From Sedimentisphaerales bacterium (lineage in GTDB: Bacteria; Planctomycetota; Phycisphaerae; Sedimentisphaerales; SM23-30), in the NCBI GenBank assembly GCA_963666285.1, contig OY762711.1: DNA of 64,000 nt; one strand, 5' to 3'. Below the pieces are notes generated by a model, which was not told the DNA's origin, did not search any database, and was given only the letters and a program-made list of their open reading frames with translations. Positions 61,351 through 64,000 of this stretch are shown piece by piece (the stretch's first letter is position 1; every line of letters begins with the position of its first letter). The translations under genes and the position numbers were made by a program.

Positions 61351-61735
61351 TTTAATTTACGGCTATACACAATTTTATAAAAGAATTGACCGAACAGAAA
61401 ATTGTAGTTATTGAAAAAATCGCAAAATTACAAAAAAGATATCTATGACATGTACCTGCTGATGCAATAACTTACAACAAACGTATGGATGCCCTCAAAG
61501 TAATTCATTCGAATTAGAAATTTTTTAACTTGACTTTGAGTTCTTCATAGATGGTTTAGCTCTTAGCCCGCCCGCGCGATTCTAAACAATCTCGGCAAAG
61601 CCGGATTAATTATTACTAGTCCCGCCATGAACGACAACATACAGCTGCTGCCAGCAAGCCCGTGGAACAAAAGCCACCCAAAACATCTCAAGCCCTGTCA
61701 AGGGCGACAGAAACTATACTTCATAATGATTTTTC

Positions 61736-63607
61736 TTATTTAAATAATTCTGGAGCAATTAATTTGAGTTCATTATCAACTTCTGTGCGATCATATCCTA
61801 AATCAATTAAAAGATTGCCGTAATTATTAATTGAATCAATTAAATTAGTATGTTGATGGCCGGTTTTACGTGAAAACTCAAGAAATATTTCTATTACCCT
61901 TTTAGCTATTGAAAGAGCTTCTTTTGTTCTGCTGGTTGCCTGGTACAGCATAGCTAGATTGTTTAGGTCTTTAGCTAGGTTCGGATGGTTTGGGCCAAAT
62001 AAAACTTCATCTATTTCTATTGCTCTTAACATTAGTGGTTCAGCCTTTGAATATTGTTTAGAGTAATTGTATAGAGCTGCGAGATTACTTATTGCTGTTG
62101 CTAGACTCGGATGTTGCATTCCATAAGCTTCTTCATAAATAGATATAGATTTGGTAAGTAAGCGTTCAGCTTCAGAAAAGCGACTTATATCTAGGTAATA
62201 ATTTGCAATATTGTTTAAATCTCTCGCTACTGCTGGATGATTTGGCCCGTACAATTTTTGGTCAATTTCAAGTGCTTGTATAAACAGTGGTTCAACTTTT
62301 GACATTTGGCCCGTATGTTCATAATAGGCACCCAGATTATTTAGAGAAAGTGCGGTATTGGGGTGTATTTCTCCATAAGCATTTTTATCAATTTCCAGTG
62401 TACGAAGTAATAGTGGTTCTACCTCAGAAAGTCGATTTGTATCTTTATAAATCATCGCAAGATTATTATACCATGGGGCTAAAATTGAATTATCTTTTCC
62501 TAATGTCTTTATTCCTATTGATATTGCTTTAGTCAACAAATCCTCTGCTTCTGCTAAGCGATTTGTCGCTTGGAATAATTGAGCTAAAACATTATATGCG
62601 ATAGCAATGCTATGATGATCCTCTCCGTAGTATCTATCATATATGTCAATAGCTTTTTTAATATATGACTCAGCAATTTTAAATTTATTAATAGTTTTAT
62701 AAAGTTGTGCTAAGTTAAGATATGCCGAAGCTAAACCTATATAGTCTTTGCCATAATTAGATTTAAATATTTCAATTGCGCGAATCATAAGCTGTTCAGC
62801 TTTAAAAATTCGTCCGGTATTAAAGTACAATTGGGCAAGATTATTTAATGTGATTCCTGTATTGGGATGGTTTTCTCCATATTTAAGTTTATCAGTTTCC
62901 AGTATATTGAGGATAAATGATTCAGCTTTCACGTATTGAGCTGTATGAATGTAAATGCAGGCAAGTTCATTTTTTCTACGATCAATAATATCCTGTAATT
63001 GACTGTATTTTGGTGGGTTATTTAACCATTGCTCTAATTCTGATTGACGGTTAAGCAAATCCTCATGACTCATTGAATTGATTAGTTCCGCATAATCATT
63101 ATTTGATATAGGTGGTAAGTCATCTATTCGCTTTTGCCAATTTGACATGTCTGAAAAATATAAATGATGACTTATCCATGCCCAAAAGTCTCTTGCGATT
63201 CTAGAAATGATAGTTGTTAAATATTCGGGTAGCCAGAATATAACTGGGCTTTGAAAGTGACGTTTCCATTTTTCTCTTGATAAATTTAGTTCCTGAATTA
63301 AATTTATGTTAGTATGGTTGTTGGTTACTAGTGATTCTATATTAGTAATGAAGATAGCTGTTGGTTTATGGTATTTAATTTTAAGCAGAACTTGATCTAA
63401 AATACTTCTACTTGAATCAGTAATTTCAATTATAAGAATATTTTTGTGAATTGCATTTATATTTGAAATAATGCTATTTCTAATTTCGATTGTTTGGAAT
63501 GTAGCAACTGCAAAAGAGCATGTACCTTCGCTTATTTCAATCAGTTTATTAAGATGGTTGAAGTTTTGTTTACTTTCATCAGTTAATATTGTATCAATGT
63601 CTATCAT
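61736..63607 (-). CDS. TPR-repeat protein with degenerate NTPase-like N-terminal domain
   Basis: About nine 42-aa G..HP..A..LNNLA repeats; N-terminal LNLSRE..PVIFWLP..DFWAW. Confidence 0.85.
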   Translation of the reverse strand: MIDIDTILTDESKQNFNHLNKLIEISEGTCSFAVATFQTIEIRNSIISNINAIHKNILIIEITDSSRSILDQVLLKIKYHKPTAIFITNIESLVTNNHTNINLIQELNLSREKWKRHFQSPVIFWLPEYLTTIISRIARDFWAWISHHLYFSDMSNWQKRIDDLPPISNNDYAELINSMSHEDLLNRQSELEQWLNNPPKYSQLQDIIDRRKNELACIYIHTAQYVKAESFILNILETDKLKYGENHPNTGITLNNLAQLYFNTGRIFKAEQLMIRAIEIFKSNYGKDYIGLASAYLNLAQLYKTINKFKIAESYIKKAIDIYDRYYGEDHHSIAIAYNVLAQLFQATNRLAEAEDLLTKAISIGIKTLGKDNSILAPWYNNLAMIYKDTNRLSEVEPLLLRTLEIDKNAYGEIHPNTALSLNNLGAYYEHTGQMSKVEPLFIQALEIDQKLYGPNHPAVARDLNNIANYYLDISRFSEAERLLTKSISIYEEAYGMQHPSLATAISNLAALYNYSKQYSKAEPLMLRAIEIDEVLFGPNHPNLAKDLNNLAMLYQATSRTKEALSIAKRVIEIFLEFSRKTGHQHTNLIDSINNYGNLLIDLGYDRTEVDNELKLIAPELFK

Positions 63608-64000
63608 CTTTTATCTTTTGATTGGTAAGGATTATCTGGTAAAAGAGGGTTAAGGTTGTACCACTCATTTCCATTTCTATATTGTAAGACAGCTCTCATG
63701 CTCAATAGGTCCATACAAATACGGTCATTATCTACAGATCGTTCAAATTGATGTTTGTGTCTAACTATTTCAATTTCTTTCCAATGTTCTTTAAATAGCT
63801 GACGACTATATGAGTTTGTTATGTTTTTAGCTGCGTTGTTGATATCGTCTTTATTTATTGGCCAATTTCCAACTGTCATAGCTGATCGAATAAGAACCAT
63901 TAATTCTCTTGGTTGTCCTCCAGATTTAGTAATTATTTCCTTTAATACATTTGTCTCATCAGAAAAAATATCACCCATTTGAACATTTGCGACATGAATA
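63604..64000 (-). CDS. C-terminal part of a probable P-loop ATPase (truncated by the window edge)
   Basis: SGGQPREL helical lid and LQYRNG..W..LNPL tail; overlaps the TPR gene start. Confidence 0.65.
   Translation of the reverse strand, partial: IHVANVQMGDIFSDETNVLKEIITKSGGQPRELMVLIRSAMTVGNWPINKDDINNAAKNITNSYSRQLFKEHWKEIEIVRHKHQFERSVDNDRICMDLLSMRAVLQYRNGNEWYNLNPLLPDNPYQSKDKR

Larger units (their letters stand above)
60049..61553 (+). mobile_element. IS110-family (IS1111-type) element 2
   Basis: Sub-terminal IR tatgaagaa/ttcttcata; TG core; empty site cattcgTGgtt; ~400-bp downstream non-coding region. Confidence 0.85.

Noticed and set aside
1..64000. tRNA, rRNA, prophage or reverse-transcriptase genes
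   Set aside because: No cloverleaf, rRNA-like tract, phage structural gene or RT motif was recognised

Overview
Bacterial chromosomal segment, most consistent with a Planctomycetota genome (inferred from a LExLExRxLL-motif giant surface protein). It carries housekeeping genes (hisS, topA, nadB, cdaA, lptB, rsmD, cca, rsfS, argS, cmoA, fliS), glycan-active enzymes, chemotaxis/signalling genes, VapBC, an RloA/RloB-type pair and an ATPase-TPR pair. No rRNA, tRNA or CRISPR array was found. The most interesting signal is non-coding. Intergenic regions are mosaics of short repeat modules, nearly all in + orientation: a ~70-100 bp structured repeat (6 copies), mini-hairpin+ACACCTT+heptamer tracts, REP-like palindromes and a TTCGTG decamer repeat. 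All five mobile elements sit inside these modules, and an empty copy of each target is visible elsewhere in the window. The elements are: (1) an unclassified ~1.64 kb element without TIR or TSD, encoding a 504-aa protein with Rep_trans-like motifs and a C-terminal wHTH; (2) an IS701-like IS; (3) a 91-bp MITE; (4,5) two divergent IS110/IS1111-type elements whose downstream non-coding regions contain readable bridge/seekRNA-like guides against the same repeat. The RloAB pair forms an integrase-less islet flanked by two versions of the last 18 codons of cca. All calls come from reading the sequence by eye; no database search was run.
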